Shown here: positions 38,210 through 47,210 of the stretch, piece after piece
Position numbering within the stretch: the first letter of the stretch is position 1
Layout of the letters: every line of letters starts with the position of its first letter
Assembly (NCBI GenBank): GCA_039630575.1
Contig: JBCNUW010000003.1
Location: 97,185 to 144,394, forward strand
Length of the DNA stretch: 47,210 nucleotides
Reading direction: 5' to 3'
Origin: Candidatus Hydrothermales bacterium
Lineage (GTDB): Bacteria; Hydrothermota; Hydrothermia; Hydrothermales; JAJRUZ01
Position numbers and translations under genes: made by a program
Notes under the pieces: generated by a model
Told to the model about the DNA's origin: nothing
The model's input: the letters and a program-made list of their open reading frames with translations, nothing else
The model's database searches: none

Positions 38210-39900
38210 TCTTCTTCCCTCAGCATCGGTATTTTAATTTTATACTCCTTTGCTATTTTTATTGATATTTGGTATCCAGCGTCAGCATGTCTTACTATTC
38301 CTAAACCTGGATCGTTTCTTAAAACTATCTGTAGTTTTTCTTCTGAAAGTTTTGTACCATCTGCAACAATAACTTGTCCAGCGTGAATGGAATATCCAAT
38401 ACCAACACCTCCTCCGTGGTGAAGAGAAACCCAAGAGGCACCTGAGGCTGTGTTTAAAAGCGCATTTAAAACAGGCCAATCAGCAATTGCATCAGAACCA
38501 TCCAACATTCCCTCGGTTTCCCTATTTGGAGAAGCAACAGAACCTGTATCAAGATGATCCCTTCCTATTACTATTGGTGCTTTTAATTTTTTTTCTTTTA
38601 CAAGTCTGTTGAAAAGAACTCCTGCTTTTTCTCTCTCTCCGTATCCAAGCCAACATATTCTTGCAGGTAAACCCTGAAATGGAATTTTCTCCTGAGCCAA
38701 TTTTATCCATCTCCTTAAAGATTCATTTTCAGGAAAAAGCTCAAGTATTAGTTTATCAGTTTCATAAATATCCTCTTTATCTCCTGAAAGAGCTACCCAT
38801 CTAAATGGTCCTTTTCCTTCACAGAATAGAGGTCTTATGTATTCTAATACAAAACCTGGAACCTTAAAGGCATCTTCAACACCTGCTTCTTTTGCTCTTC
38901 CTCTAATATTATTACCATAATCGAAGGCAATGGCACCCCTTTTTTGCATTTCAAGTATGGCTTCCATATGTCTTGCTATTGATTCATAGGATCTTTTTAA
39001 GTACTCTTGCGGGTTTTTTCTTCTTAGTTCTAAAGCTTCTTCTAAAGTGATTTTACCAGGTACATATCCGTTAAGGGGATCGTGGGCTGAGGTTTGGTCT
39101 GTTACTACATCTGGAATTATACCTCTTCTTACAAGTTCAGGGTGTATATCTGATGCATTTCCAACAAGTCCAATTGATCTTGGTATTTTCCTTTTAAGAG
39201 CTTCATCAACAAGTTTTAAAGCTTCATCAAGGTTTGATACCATAAATTCACAGAAGCCTTGTTTTAATCTTCTTTCTATTTTTCTTGGGTCAACTTCTAC
39301 ATCTAAAATTACTCCTTCGTTCATAGTAACAGCAAGAGGTTGGGCACCTGACATACCTCCCATACCTGCTGTTAATACAAATTTTCCCTTAAGGGAGGAT
39401 CCAAAGTGTTTTTTTGCACAAGCGGCAAAAGTTTCATAAGTCCCTTGAATTATACCTTGTGTTCCAATATAAATCCAAGAACCGGCGGTCATTTGTCCAA
39501 ACATTATAAGACCTTTAGCTTCAAGCATGGTAAAGTAGTCCTGGGTAGCCCATTTGGGGACAAGTAACGAATTAGCAATTAGAATCCTTGGAGCCCATTC
39601 GTGGGTTTTAAATACGCCTACAGGTTTACCTGATTGAATTAAAAGTGTTTCGTCACTTTCAAGTTCCATAAGTTCTCTTACTATTGCATTAAAGCATTCC
39701 CAGTTTCTCGCTGCTTTTCCTGTTCCTCCGTATACGATGAGTTCTTCTGGTTTTTCAGCTACTTCAGGATCTACATTATTCATTAACATTCTTAGAGCAG
39801 CTTCTTGAATCCATCCTTTTGCATTCAGTTTATCACCACGGGGTGCCCTAATTTTGCCTGGCTCCATTTTAAAAAGTTCCATGATCTTTTTCTTTTTCAT
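38206..39900 (-). CDS. hutU: urocanate hydratase
   Basis: [55 protein letters not shown]; exact start uncertain. Confidence 0.98.
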   Translation of the reverse strand: MKKKKIMELFKMEPGKIRAPRGDKLNAKGWIQEAALRMLMNNVDPEVAEKPEELIVYGGTGKAARNWECFNAIVRELMELESDETLLIQSGKPVGVFKTHEWAPRILIANSLLVPKWATQDYFTMLEAKGLIMFGQMTAGSWIYIGTQGIIQGTYETFAACAKKHFGSSLKGKFVLTAGMGGMSGAQPLAVTMNEGVILDVEVDPRKIERRLKQGFCEFMVSNLDEALKLVDEALKRKIPRSIGLVGNASDIHPELVRRGIIPDVVTDQTSAHDPLNGYVPGKITLEEALELRRKNPQEYLKRSYESIARHMEAILEMQKRGAIAFDYGNNIRGRAKEAGVEDAFKVPGFVLEYIRPLFCEGKGPFRWVALSGDKEDIYETDKLILELFPENESLRRWIKLAQEKIPFQGLPARICWLGYGEREKAGVLFNRLVKEKKLKAPIVIGRDHLDTGSVASPNRETEGMLDGSDAIADWPVLNALLNTASGASWVSLHHGGGVGIGYSIHAGQVIVADGTKLSEEKLQIVLRNDPGLGIVRHADAGYQISIKIAKEYKIKIPMLREED

Positions 39901-39950
39901 ATTTTAACTTATAAATATTATAAGTAGAAGTTTACTTTTTTTTCTAAATT

Positions 39951-40919
39951 TTAATTTATTATACCAGCCATCTGTTTTAGGATTTTTATTCTTTTCTCTA
40001 CAGGCGGATGGGTTGACATAAGGTTTGCAAAAATGTTTTCAGCTTTTTCTATTTTTGATTTTAATGGACTTACGATACACATATGGGATATTCCCTTTGT
40101 TTTCCACCTATCGGGTATTTGAGAGGAAGAAATTTTTTCAAGAGCCTTTGCTAATGCTAAGGGGTTTCTTGTTAATTCAGCTGAACTTGCATCAGCAAGA
40201 TACTCCCTTGAGCGGGATATTGCAAAAAATGTTAATCTTGCAAACAGTGGACCTAAAATTGAGAAAATAAAAAGTAAGACTATAATTAAAAGGACAAACG
40301 CAGAGTTTCTTATTACTCTCCTTTTAAAAATTTGATTTCCCTTTAAAATTTGTGATCTGAGTAATCTATATGATAGATCAGACAAAAGTACCACAGTTCC
40401 AACAAGTGTTGCTGCCACGGTCATAACAAGGATGTCTCTATTTCTAATATGTGAAATCTCATGTCCTATAACACCTTGAAGTTCCTCTCTATTCAGTAGT
40501 TCTAAAAGTCCCCTTGTAACTACAATGGAGGAGTTTTCTGGATTTTTACCAGTAGCAAAGGCATTAGGAATTTCTATGTCAAGTATATAGATTCTTGGCA
40601 TCGGAATACCAGAGGCAATTTTTATTTCTTCCACAACGTTTAAGAGGATTTTTTCCCTAAGATCTGAAAGGTTTGGGGTTCTTGCACCAATAACTTTTAA
40701 AATAATGCTATCTCCAAATTTGTATGAAATAAAAGAGTTTATAATTGAAAAAATAAAGGCAACAATAGTAAACAAAGGTATTTTTGTAAACACTGGGAAG
40801 TATAAAAAGTAATAATCTATCAAGAATCCGAAAAGGGTGACAATAAGGATAAAAAGTGCTATAAGAATATATGTTTTTCTTATGTTTTTCTCTTGGATAA
40901 AGTAAAAATTTTTACTCAA
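39951..40919 (-). CDS. htpX: HtpX-like M48 membrane metalloprotease
   Basis: PNAFATG, HEISH, SRSREYLAD, STHPP; follows lemA. Confidence 0.9.
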   Translation of the reverse strand: MSKNFYFIQEKNIRKTYILIALFILIVTLFGFLIDYYFLYFPVFTKIPLFTIVAFIFSIINSFISYKFGDSIILKVIGARTPNLSDLREKILLNVVEEIKIASGIPMPRIYILDIEIPNAFATGKNPENSSIVVTRGLLELLNREELQGVIGHEISHIRNRDILVMTVAATLVGTVVLLSDLSYRLLRSQILKGNQIFKRRVIRNSAFVLLIIVLLFIFSILGPLFARLTFFAISRSREYLADASSAELTRNPLALAKALEKISSSQIPDRWKTKGISHMCIVSPLKSKIEKAENIFANLMSTHPPVEKRIKILKQMAGIIN

Positions 40920-40927
40920 AGCTTATT

Positions 40928-41494
40928 TTAAAATTCAAGACTTACCCTTGGAACTTCTTTGTCTTTTTCTTCTATTATGAAGAAGTCAAATGTTTTAAAT
41001 TTAAAAATACTTGCTATAATATTCTGAGGAAATACCTGGATATAAGTATTATAAATCATGACTGAGTCATTAAAGTGTTGTCTTGCAAATGCAATCCTAT
41101 TTTCCGTGTGTGTTAATTCTTCTTGGAGTTTTAAAACATTTTCGTTTGCTTTTAATTCAGGATAGTTCTCAAATAGTGCAATAAGCCTTGTTAATAGACC
41201 TCCTAATTCCCTTTCAGCTTCTTGTATTTTCCTTAAGTCATTAGTTTCAAGGGCTCTAACTGCTTTTGACCTTGCATCGATTATTTTCTGTAAAGTTTCC
41301 TGTTCATATTTCATATACCCCCTTACAGCATTAACAAGATTAGGAATAAGGTCGTGTCTCCTTTTGAGCTGTACATCTATTTGAGACCACGCATTTTCGA
41401 CTCTTAACTTAAGTTTTATAATTTTGTTATATATGCCTATAAAGAGAAATAATAATAAAAAAGACGCAATTAAAATTATTAGAGAATAAACCAT
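40928..41494 (-). CDS. lemA: LemA family protein
   Basis: NAWSQIDVQLKRRHDLIPNLV, ENYPELKAN; likely start ATG 41494, since the listed TTG 41530 coincides with the -35 box. Confidence 0.95.
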   Translation of the reverse strand: MVYSLIILIASFLLLFLFIGIYNKIIKLKLRVENAWSQIDVQLKRRHDLIPNLVNAVRGYMKYEQETLQKIIDARSKAVRALETNDLRKIQEAERELGGLLTRLIALFENYPELKANENVLKLQEELTHTENRIAFARQHFNDSVMIYNTYIQVFPQNIIASIFKFKTFDFFIIEEKDKEVPRVSLEF

Positions 41495-41500
41495 TTCTGA

Positions 41501-41530
41501 ATTATAATAAATTCTATTTGAAAACTTCAA
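41501..41530 (-). promoter_or_regulatory. sigma70 promoter of lemA-htpX, probable leaderless mRNA
   Basis: TTGAAG (41530-41525), 18 nt, TATAAT (41506-41501), 6 nt, ATG 41494. Confidence 0.7.
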
Positions 41531-41580
41531 TTTAAATTTAATATTATTAATTTACCGTTAGTTTTAAAAAGGAGAAAAAA

Positions 41581-42327
41581 TTGGGTTTTGACAGGGACAC
41601 TTTAGAAAAAATACTTGCCTTGCAGGAAGTTGATAGGGTAATTTTTTCTTTAAAAGAAAGACTTTTAAAGCTACCGAACTTAATCGAGAATAAAAGAAAA
41701 GAGATAGCTGAAATAGAAAAGAAAATAAAAAGTGAAGAAGAAGAAATAAAGGTTATGGAGAAAGAAATTAAAGGTTTATATCTTGACCTTGAAGATACAG
41801 AGGAAACTATAAAGAAATATATGAGGGATCTCATGTCTGTTAAAACAAACGAGGAATACAGAGCTGTTCAGAATGAGATTGAATATTCAAAGAGAAAGAA
41901 GTTAGAGCTTGAAGAGGATATCCTTTTAAGAGAGGAAAAATTAGAGGAGAAAAAGAAATTGTTTTATAATTTCAAAAATAAAATTCTAAAAGAAATAGAG
42001 GAGGAAAAGGAAAATTTAAGAAAGATGGAGGAGGAAAAAACAGAAATTCCAAAAAGGCTTGAAGAAGCAATTGATTTAAGAAAAAGGAGAGCATTAGCTA
42101 TTGATAAGATTGCTCTTGAGGAATATGAAAGAATTTTGGATGGAAGAGGTTATCCAGCAGTTTGTGATATTGAGATAAAAGTTGAAGGAAATGAAAAAAA
42201 ATTTTTCTGCACTGGATGTAGTTCTCAGATTCCCTTTTTTACTATTGATGAAATTATAAAAAAAGATAGTACAAGTTATTGTCATTATTGTGGAAGGATA
42301 ATTTTTATGAAAAAAGGTATTATATGA
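41581..42327 (+). CDS. coiled-coil / C4 zinc-ribbon protein (DUF164, CT398/HP0958-like)
   Basis: LQEVD, VKTNEEYRA..EI, YERI, CTGC...CHYCGRI; AAGGAG SD and TTG start. Confidence 0.88.
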   Translation: MGFDRDTLEKILALQEVDRVIFSLKERLLKLPNLIENKRKEIAEIEKKIKSEEEEIKVMEKEIKGLYLDLEDTEETIKKYMRDLMSVKTNEEYRAVQNEIEYSKRKKLELEEDILLREEKLEEKKKLFYNFKNKILKEIEEEKENLRKMEEEKTEIPKRLEEAIDLRKRRALAIDKIALEEYERILDGRGYPAVCDIEIKVEGNEKKFFCTGCSSQIPFFTIDEIIKKDSTSYCHYCGRIIFMKKGII

Positions 42328-42806
42328 AAAAACTTTGGGCTCCTTGGAGAATAAACTACATAAAGACTATTGAAACAGAAAAGGGATGTATATTTTGTTC
42401 AAAACCAAAAGAAAACAATGATAAGAAGAATTTAATTTTAAAGAGAGGGAAAAAAAGTTTTGTAATACTTAATAAGTTTCCCTACAATTCAGGACATTTG
42501 ATGATAGCTCCCTTTAGGCATATTGGTAGTATAGAAAATTTAAAAGATGAGGAAGTATCTGAGATGATGAAGTTTCTCAAACTTTCTATAAAAGTTCTAA
42601 AGAAGAAACTTAAGCCACACGGGTTTAATATAGGAATTAACATAGGAAAGGTTGCAGGAGCTGGTTATCCTGGTCATGTGCATATTCATATAGTTCCAAG
42701 ATGGAGCGGAGATACAAATTTTATGCCAATAATAGGAGATACAAAGGTCATTCCTGAAGAGATAGACAAAACTTTTGAATATTTGTTCCCTTTATTCAAT
42801 GAATAG
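42324..42806 (+). CDS. HIT family hydrolase (Ap4A phosphorylase-like)
   Basis: LWAPWR, CIFC, NKFPYNSGHLM, HVHIHIVPRW.GD; ATG 42324 overlaps upstream stop. Confidence 0.93.
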   Translation: MKKLWAPWRINYIKTIETEKGCIFCSKPKENNDKKNLILKRGKKSFVILNKFPYNSGHLMIAPFRHIGSIENLKDEEVSEMMKFLKLSIKVLKKKLKPHGFNIGINIGKVAGAGYPGHVHIHIVPRWSGDTNFMPIIGDTKVIPEEIDKTFEYLFPLFNE

Positions 42807-43809
42807 TTTGGAAAACAGACTGATAAGTCTTGTTAAGGATTTTAAGGGAAAAAAAATTAAAGTTATAGGTGATATAATTCTGGATGAATATCTTTTTGGA
42901 GATGTGGATAGGATTTCTCCTGAAGCACCTGTTCCAATTGTAGTTGTCAAGGAAAAAAAGTATAATCTTGGTGGTGCTGCAAATGTTGCCTGGAATATAA
43001 AAGCCCTTGGAGGAGAACCTGAACTTTATGGAGTAATAGGAGATGATTATTCTTCAGAGATTCTTTTAAGTTTGATGGATGAAAGGAAAATTAAAGCACA
43101 AGGAGTTATCAAGATTCCATCGAGACCCACAACAAGAAAAACAAGAGTAATAGGTCAACATCAGCAGATTGTAAGGATAGATGAGGAAACAACGGAGCCT
43201 ATTAAGCTTTCTCAGAGAAAAATTATCCTTGAAAAATTTTTAGAGAACGAAGATTTTCTAGCTGTAATATTTGAAGATTACGAGAAAGGAACAATTTCAA
43301 GGGAACTTGTAAGTGAAATTTTGAAGAAGAATAAAAAGAAAGTTATTACCTGTGATCCCAAAAAGCACAATTTTAATTATTATAAAAAGATCACTATGCT
43401 AAAACCTAACAGAAAAGAACTTGAGTTTGTTGCGAAGAAAGAGTTAAAAAGTGAGGTTGAGATGGTGAGGGAAATTGAAAAACTTTCTAAAAAGTTAAGT
43501 ATACCTATGATTCTCTTAACATTAGGTGAAAAAGGAATGATATTAAAGTTTAATGAGAGAGTTTATAAGATTCCTTCTCTTGAGGTTGAAGTTTATGATG
43601 TGACAGGTGCAGGAGATACAGTAATCGCATCCTTTACGTTATCTATGGTCTCGGGCGCTAATCCTATTGAGGCAGCACTCATTTCAACAATTGCGGCAGG
43701 CATTGAAGTAACGAAACTTGGTGCCTCAGCTGTGTTTCCAGAGGAACTTATGGAGATGATTAGGAAAAGATCTTCAGAGATTTATAGGGGAGTTCAAAAA
43801 ATAAAATGA
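42799..43809 (+). CDS. D-glycero-D-manno-heptose-7-phosphate kinase (HldE/RfaE kinase domain)
   Basis: GDIILDEY, RISPEAPVP, GGAANVA, DYEKG, DVTGAGDTV. Confidence 0.92.
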   Translation: MNSLENRLISLVKDFKGKKIKVIGDIILDEYLFGDVDRISPEAPVPIVVVKEKKYNLGGAANVAWNIKALGGEPELYGVIGDDYSSEILLSLMDERKIKAQGVIKIPSRPTTRKTRVIGQHQQIVRIDEETTEPIKLSQRKIILEKFLENEDFLAVIFEDYEKGTISRELVSEILKKNKKKVITCDPKKHNFNYYKKITMLKPNRKELEFVAKKELKSEVEMVREIEKLSKKLSIPMILLTLGEKGMILKFNERVYKIPSLEVEVYDVTGAGDTVIASFTLSMVSGANPIEAALISTIAAGIEVTKLGASAVFPEELMEMIRKRSSEIYRGVQKIK

Positions 43810-45119
43810 AAGTTTTAATAGTGGAGGATGATGAGATTCAAGGGAGAAATCTTGAGGCAATATTAAGGGAAAAGGGATTTAAAGTTAGATATACTTCTGA
43901 TCCTTTAAATGCTATGTATCTTTTTAGGAGAGGGTATAAAACAGTTTTGTTAGATTTGAGAATGCCAGAAATAGATGGGATAGAGCTTATGAAGAAGATG
44001 AAGGAGGAAAGTGAAGGTAAATTTTTGATAATAACAGCCCATGGGACGATAGAATCTGCTGTTAATGCTCTAAAAGAGGGTGCGTTTGATTATCTTACAA
44101 AGCCTCTTGATATTGAAAAACTATTAAATACCTTAAGACAGTTGGAGGAGAGAGAAAAGTTAGAGTTTGAAATAGAGTACTTAAGAGATGAGCTTAAAAA
44201 GTTTAAAGGTGAAGATTTTATAGTTGTTAGTGATAAGATGAAGAGAATTTTTTTAGATGCCGAGAAAGTTGCCCAAACAGATGCAACGATACTTATAACT
44301 GGTGAAAGTGGTGTTGGAAAGGAAGTTCTTGCAAGGTACATACATGCAAAGAGTGGAAGAAAGGGAAATTTTGTTACAATTTCTTGTACAGCTATTCCAT
44401 CTGAATTATTAGAAGCTGAGCTTTTTGGGTATGAAAAGGGGGCTTTTACAGGGGCTGATAAAAGTAAAAAAGGCAAGTTTGAACTTGCAGATGAGGGAAC
44501 TTTATTCCTTGATGAAATAGGGGATATGCCTTTAAGTTTACAGGCAAAGCTTTTGAGATTTTTACAAGATAAGAGTATTGAAAGGCTTGGGTCTCTTGAG
44601 AGTTTTGAAATTAATACAAGAATTATTTGTGCAACAAACAAAAATTTAGAGAAATTAGTGAAAGAAAACATATTCAGAGAGGATTTATATTATCGTATAA
44701 ACGTAATAAGTTTTAATATACCTCCTTTAAGGGAAAGAAGAGAGGAGATTTTACCTCTTTTTGAGTTTTATTTAGATAGATTTTCGGAGAAGTATAATTT
44801 AGAAAAGCCCTTTCTTTCTGATAAGGTAAGAAGGAAGTTATTTTCTTATTATTTTCCTGGCAATATAAGAGAACTTATAAATTTAGCTGAAAGGATTGTT
44901 CTTTTGAGACATGGTGAGGTTATAGAGAATATACCTGAGATAGAAAAAGAAGAGGAATACGAATCGTTAACACTTGAGGAGGTTGAAAAAAGGCATATTG
45001 AGAAAGTTTTAAAGATGGTTAAGGGTAAATTGACCAAAGCTTCAGAAATTCTTGGTGTTCACAGAAATACGTTGAGAGAAAAGTTAAAAAAATACGGAAT
45101 AAAATTTGAAGAAAGTTAA
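43806..45119 (+). CDS. sigma54-dependent response regulator (NtrC/AtoC family)
   Basis: Receiver VEDD..LDLRMP, GESGVGKE, GAFTGA, FLDEIG, PGNIREL, Fis-type HTH. Confidence 0.96.
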   Translation: MKVLIVEDDEIQGRNLEAILREKGFKVRYTSDPLNAMYLFRRGYKTVLLDLRMPEIDGIELMKKMKEESEGKFLIITAHGTIESAVNALKEGAFDYLTKPLDIEKLLNTLRQLEEREKLEFEIEYLRDELKKFKGEDFIVVSDKMKRIFLDAEKVAQTDATILITGESGVGKEVLARYIHAKSGRKGNFVTISCTAIPSELLEAELFGYEKGAFTGADKSKKGKFELADEGTLFLDEIGDMPLSLQAKLLRFLQDKSIERLGSLESFEINTRIICATNKNLEKLVKENIFREDLYYRINVISFNIPPLRERREEILPLFEFYLDRFSEKYNLEKPFLSDKVRRKLFSYYFPGNIRELINLAERIVLLRHGEVIENIPEIEKEEEYESLTLEEVEKRHIEKVLKMVKGKLTKASEILGVHRNTLREKLKKYGIKFEES

Positions 45120-46906
45120 TGAAGGTTTATATTAAGTTATTTAGTTTTTTTAGGGAGCATTTAACTCTATTAATTTTGACGATTATTTCTACAATTTTGT
45201 TTTCACTTGTTAATGGGTTTTCTCTTACGATGATTTCACCTTTTTTGCATATAATTTTTGGAGGGAAAGCAGAATCTGAGGGATTTGTTATCGATAGGTT
45301 TATAAATATAGTTGAAAAATTTCTTTTAGTTGAGAGTAAAATTGAGTCAATAAAGAGGTTATGTTTTATTTTAATTATTGTATTTGCATTGAAAGCTTTT
45401 TTAGGTTATTTATCAAAATTCTTATCTTTTGTATTTCAGGAGAAAATTTCAAGAGATTTAAGAAATGCACTTTTTTCAAAATTTCTTAGCTTACCACTTA
45501 TTTATTTTTCGAAAAAAAAGACAGGTGCTCTTGTTTCAAGATTTACTCATGATTTAACAATTGTAAGGTACGCTTTATCAGAGGGGATAGTTCAATTTTT
45601 TAGGGAATTCTTAAATGTTTCAGTTTATTTGATAGTAGCTTTTTGGGCTTCACCTTTACTTACTTTAATTTCATTAGTTATTTTTCCTTTTGCTTTTCTT
45701 TTTATACAGATTTCTTCTAAGGTATTAAGAAGAAGAGCAAAGAGAGCGCAGGAGAGAATGGGAGAAATTGGGTCAAGGGCACAAGAGGTTCTTTTAAATC
45801 TTAAAATAGTTAAGTCTTTTTTAAGGGAAAAGGAGGAAACAGAAAAATTTAAGTTCGAAACTGAAAAATTTTATAAGGCACATGTGAAGTATGAGAGACT
45901 TTCAATTTTGACTCCTCATATTACTGAGTTTGTAGGTGCGATAATGGCAGCACTTTTACTTTACTTTGGTGGGGTTATGATTTTTAGCTATAAGCTTTTA
46001 ATTCCTGACAAATTTTTTATTTTTATAGCAGCAGCACTTTCAATGCTTCAACCTTTAAAGGGATTAACACTTTCCTATGCTAACTTACAACAAGGAATTA
46101 TGGCTTTAAATAGGACCTTTTCTATTTTGAAAGAAAAGGAAGAGAAAGGTGGTAATGTTTTATTTAAGGGATTAAATAAAAGTATAGAATTTAAAAATGT
46201 TTCTTTTTATTATGAGAAAGATAGATGGGTTTTAAGGAACATAAATTTAGTTCTTGAAAAGGGAAAGGTATATGCCTTTGTAGGTCCATCAGGAGCAGGA
46301 AAGTCAACTCTTTTATCGCTTATACCAAGGTTTTATGATCCACAAGAGGGAGATATATTTATTGATGGTATAAATTTAAAAGATTTTGATCTTGGTTCAT
46401 TAAGATCAAAGGTTGGTATTGTGACTCAGGACATATCACTTTTTTCCGGAACTATTAAAGATAATCTTCTTTATGGAGATCCTAATGCAAGTGAAGATGA
46501 TTTAAGGATGGCTTTGGAAATTGCTGTTCTTTCAGAATTTGTGTCAAAGCTACCTAAAGGAATTGAAACAGACATAAGGGAGCTTGGAAAAAGTCTTTCA
46601 GGTGGTGAGAAGCAGAGGATATCAATAGCGAGAGTTTTTGTTAAAAATCCAGAGATTCTAATTCTTGATGAATTCACTTCGCAGCTTGATGCTCATTCAG
46701 AGCATTTAATAAAGGAGGCTATTTATAATTTATTTAAAGGTAGAACAGCTCTTGTAATAGCTCATAGGTTATCTACTATTTTAAGGGCAGATGAGATAAT
46801 TTTGATGGATCAAGGGAAAATTTTAGATAGGGGGAAACATGAAGAGCTTCTTAAAAGATCTACCCTTTATTCTAAGTTATATGAATTACAATTTGAAAAA
46901 GTTTAG
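45119..46906 (+). CDS. MsbA-like ABC exporter (fused TMD and NBD)
   Basis: N-terminal TM domain, GPSGAGKST, LSGGEKQR, LDEFTS, IAHRLST; near heptose kinase. Confidence 0.9.
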   Translation: MKVYIKLFSFFREHLTLLILTIISTILFSLVNGFSLTMISPFLHIIFGGKAESEGFVIDRFINIVEKFLLVESKIESIKRLCFILIIVFALKAFLGYLSKFLSFVFQEKISRDLRNALFSKFLSLPLIYFSKKKTGALVSRFTHDLTIVRYALSEGIVQFFREFLNVSVYLIVAFWASPLLTLISLVIFPFAFLFIQISSKVLRRRAKRAQERMGEIGSRAQEVLLNLKIVKSFLREKEETEKFKFETEKFYKAHVKYERLSILTPHITEFVGAIMAALLLYFGGVMIFSYKLLIPDKFFIFIAAALSMLQPLKGLTLSYANLQQGIMALNRTFSILKEKEEKGGNVLFKGLNKSIEFKNVSFYYEKDRWVLRNINLVLEKGKVYAFVGPSGAGKSTLLSLIPRFYDPQEGDIFIDGINLKDFDLGSLRSKVGIVTQDISLFSGTIKDNLLYGDPNASEDDLRMALEIAVLSEFVSKLPKGIETDIRELGKSLSGGEKQRISIARVFVKNPEILILDEFTSQLDAHSEHLIKEAIYNLFKGRTALVIAHRLSTILRADEIILMDQGKILDRGKHEELLKRSTLYSKLYELQFEKV

Positions 46907-46944
46907 TTTTTTAAATGTCCTAAATTTTCTAAGAAATTTTTTCT

Positions 46945-47210
46945 CTATTCTTTTATTTTGTAATGTCCTTCATTATCAAATTCTACTATAGGAATACTTT
47001 TTCTTTCCTCAAAGAATTCGTATACTTCCTTAAGCCATCATAAAATCTTTTTAAAGATGGGTTTGATTCGGTCATTTTATTTATTAACTCAATACCTTTT
47101 TCTTCATCCATCTTACAAGGGAATATGTGAACAGGAATTAATTTGTTATTGGAATATACATCAACTGCAATTATGTAAAGCTCCTTTATATTATCCTCTT
47201 CAATAGGTAT
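46945..47210 (-). pseudogene. 3' part of a YafK/DpaA-like L,D-transpeptidase-family gene with an apparent 1-nt frameshift
   Basis: IPIEEDNIKELYIIA...IPVHIFPCKM...RFYDGL, then the family-like tail KEVYEFFEERKSIPIVEFDNEGHY continues in a shifted frame. Confidence 0.55.

Overview
AT-rich (roughly 30% GC by eye), extremely gene-dense core-genome window from a diderm bacterium (TolC, MsbA-like ABC transporter, heptose kinase, several beta-barrels). GC-rich tRNAs and Lys/Glu/Ile-rich proteins suggest a thermophile (inference). It holds about 52 CDS, mostly housekeeping: obgE, coaD, rsmD, recO, a prenyl synthase, a MacAB-TolC-type exporter, eno, folD, iorAB, trxA, gatCAB, rpmH-rnpA-yidD-yidC-jag-mnmE, accA, parAB, hutU, lemA-htpX. 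There are three CCA-less tRNAs (Ser-GGA, fMet, Lys-CTT). No mobile element, CRISPR array or rRNA was seen. The most interesting signal is non-coding. (1) A free-standing tRNA T-arm motif, GGTTCNANTCC, occurs four times in tiny intergenic gaps, always on the sense strand and 18-24 nt before a start codon without a clear Shine-Dalgarno (SD). The three real tRNAs place their own T-arm 22-26 nt before SD-less genes, which suggests an undescribed T-loop-based initiation or processing signal. (2) A candidate ~90-nt sRNA has its own promoter, a terminator and an exposed anti-SD tract. (3) Several genes look leaderless. (4) Exported proteins have ultra-short signal peptides. (5) recO has no canonical start codon, and an L,D-transpeptidase-like gene is frameshifted. 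All calls come from reading the sequence and recognising motifs; no searches were run.
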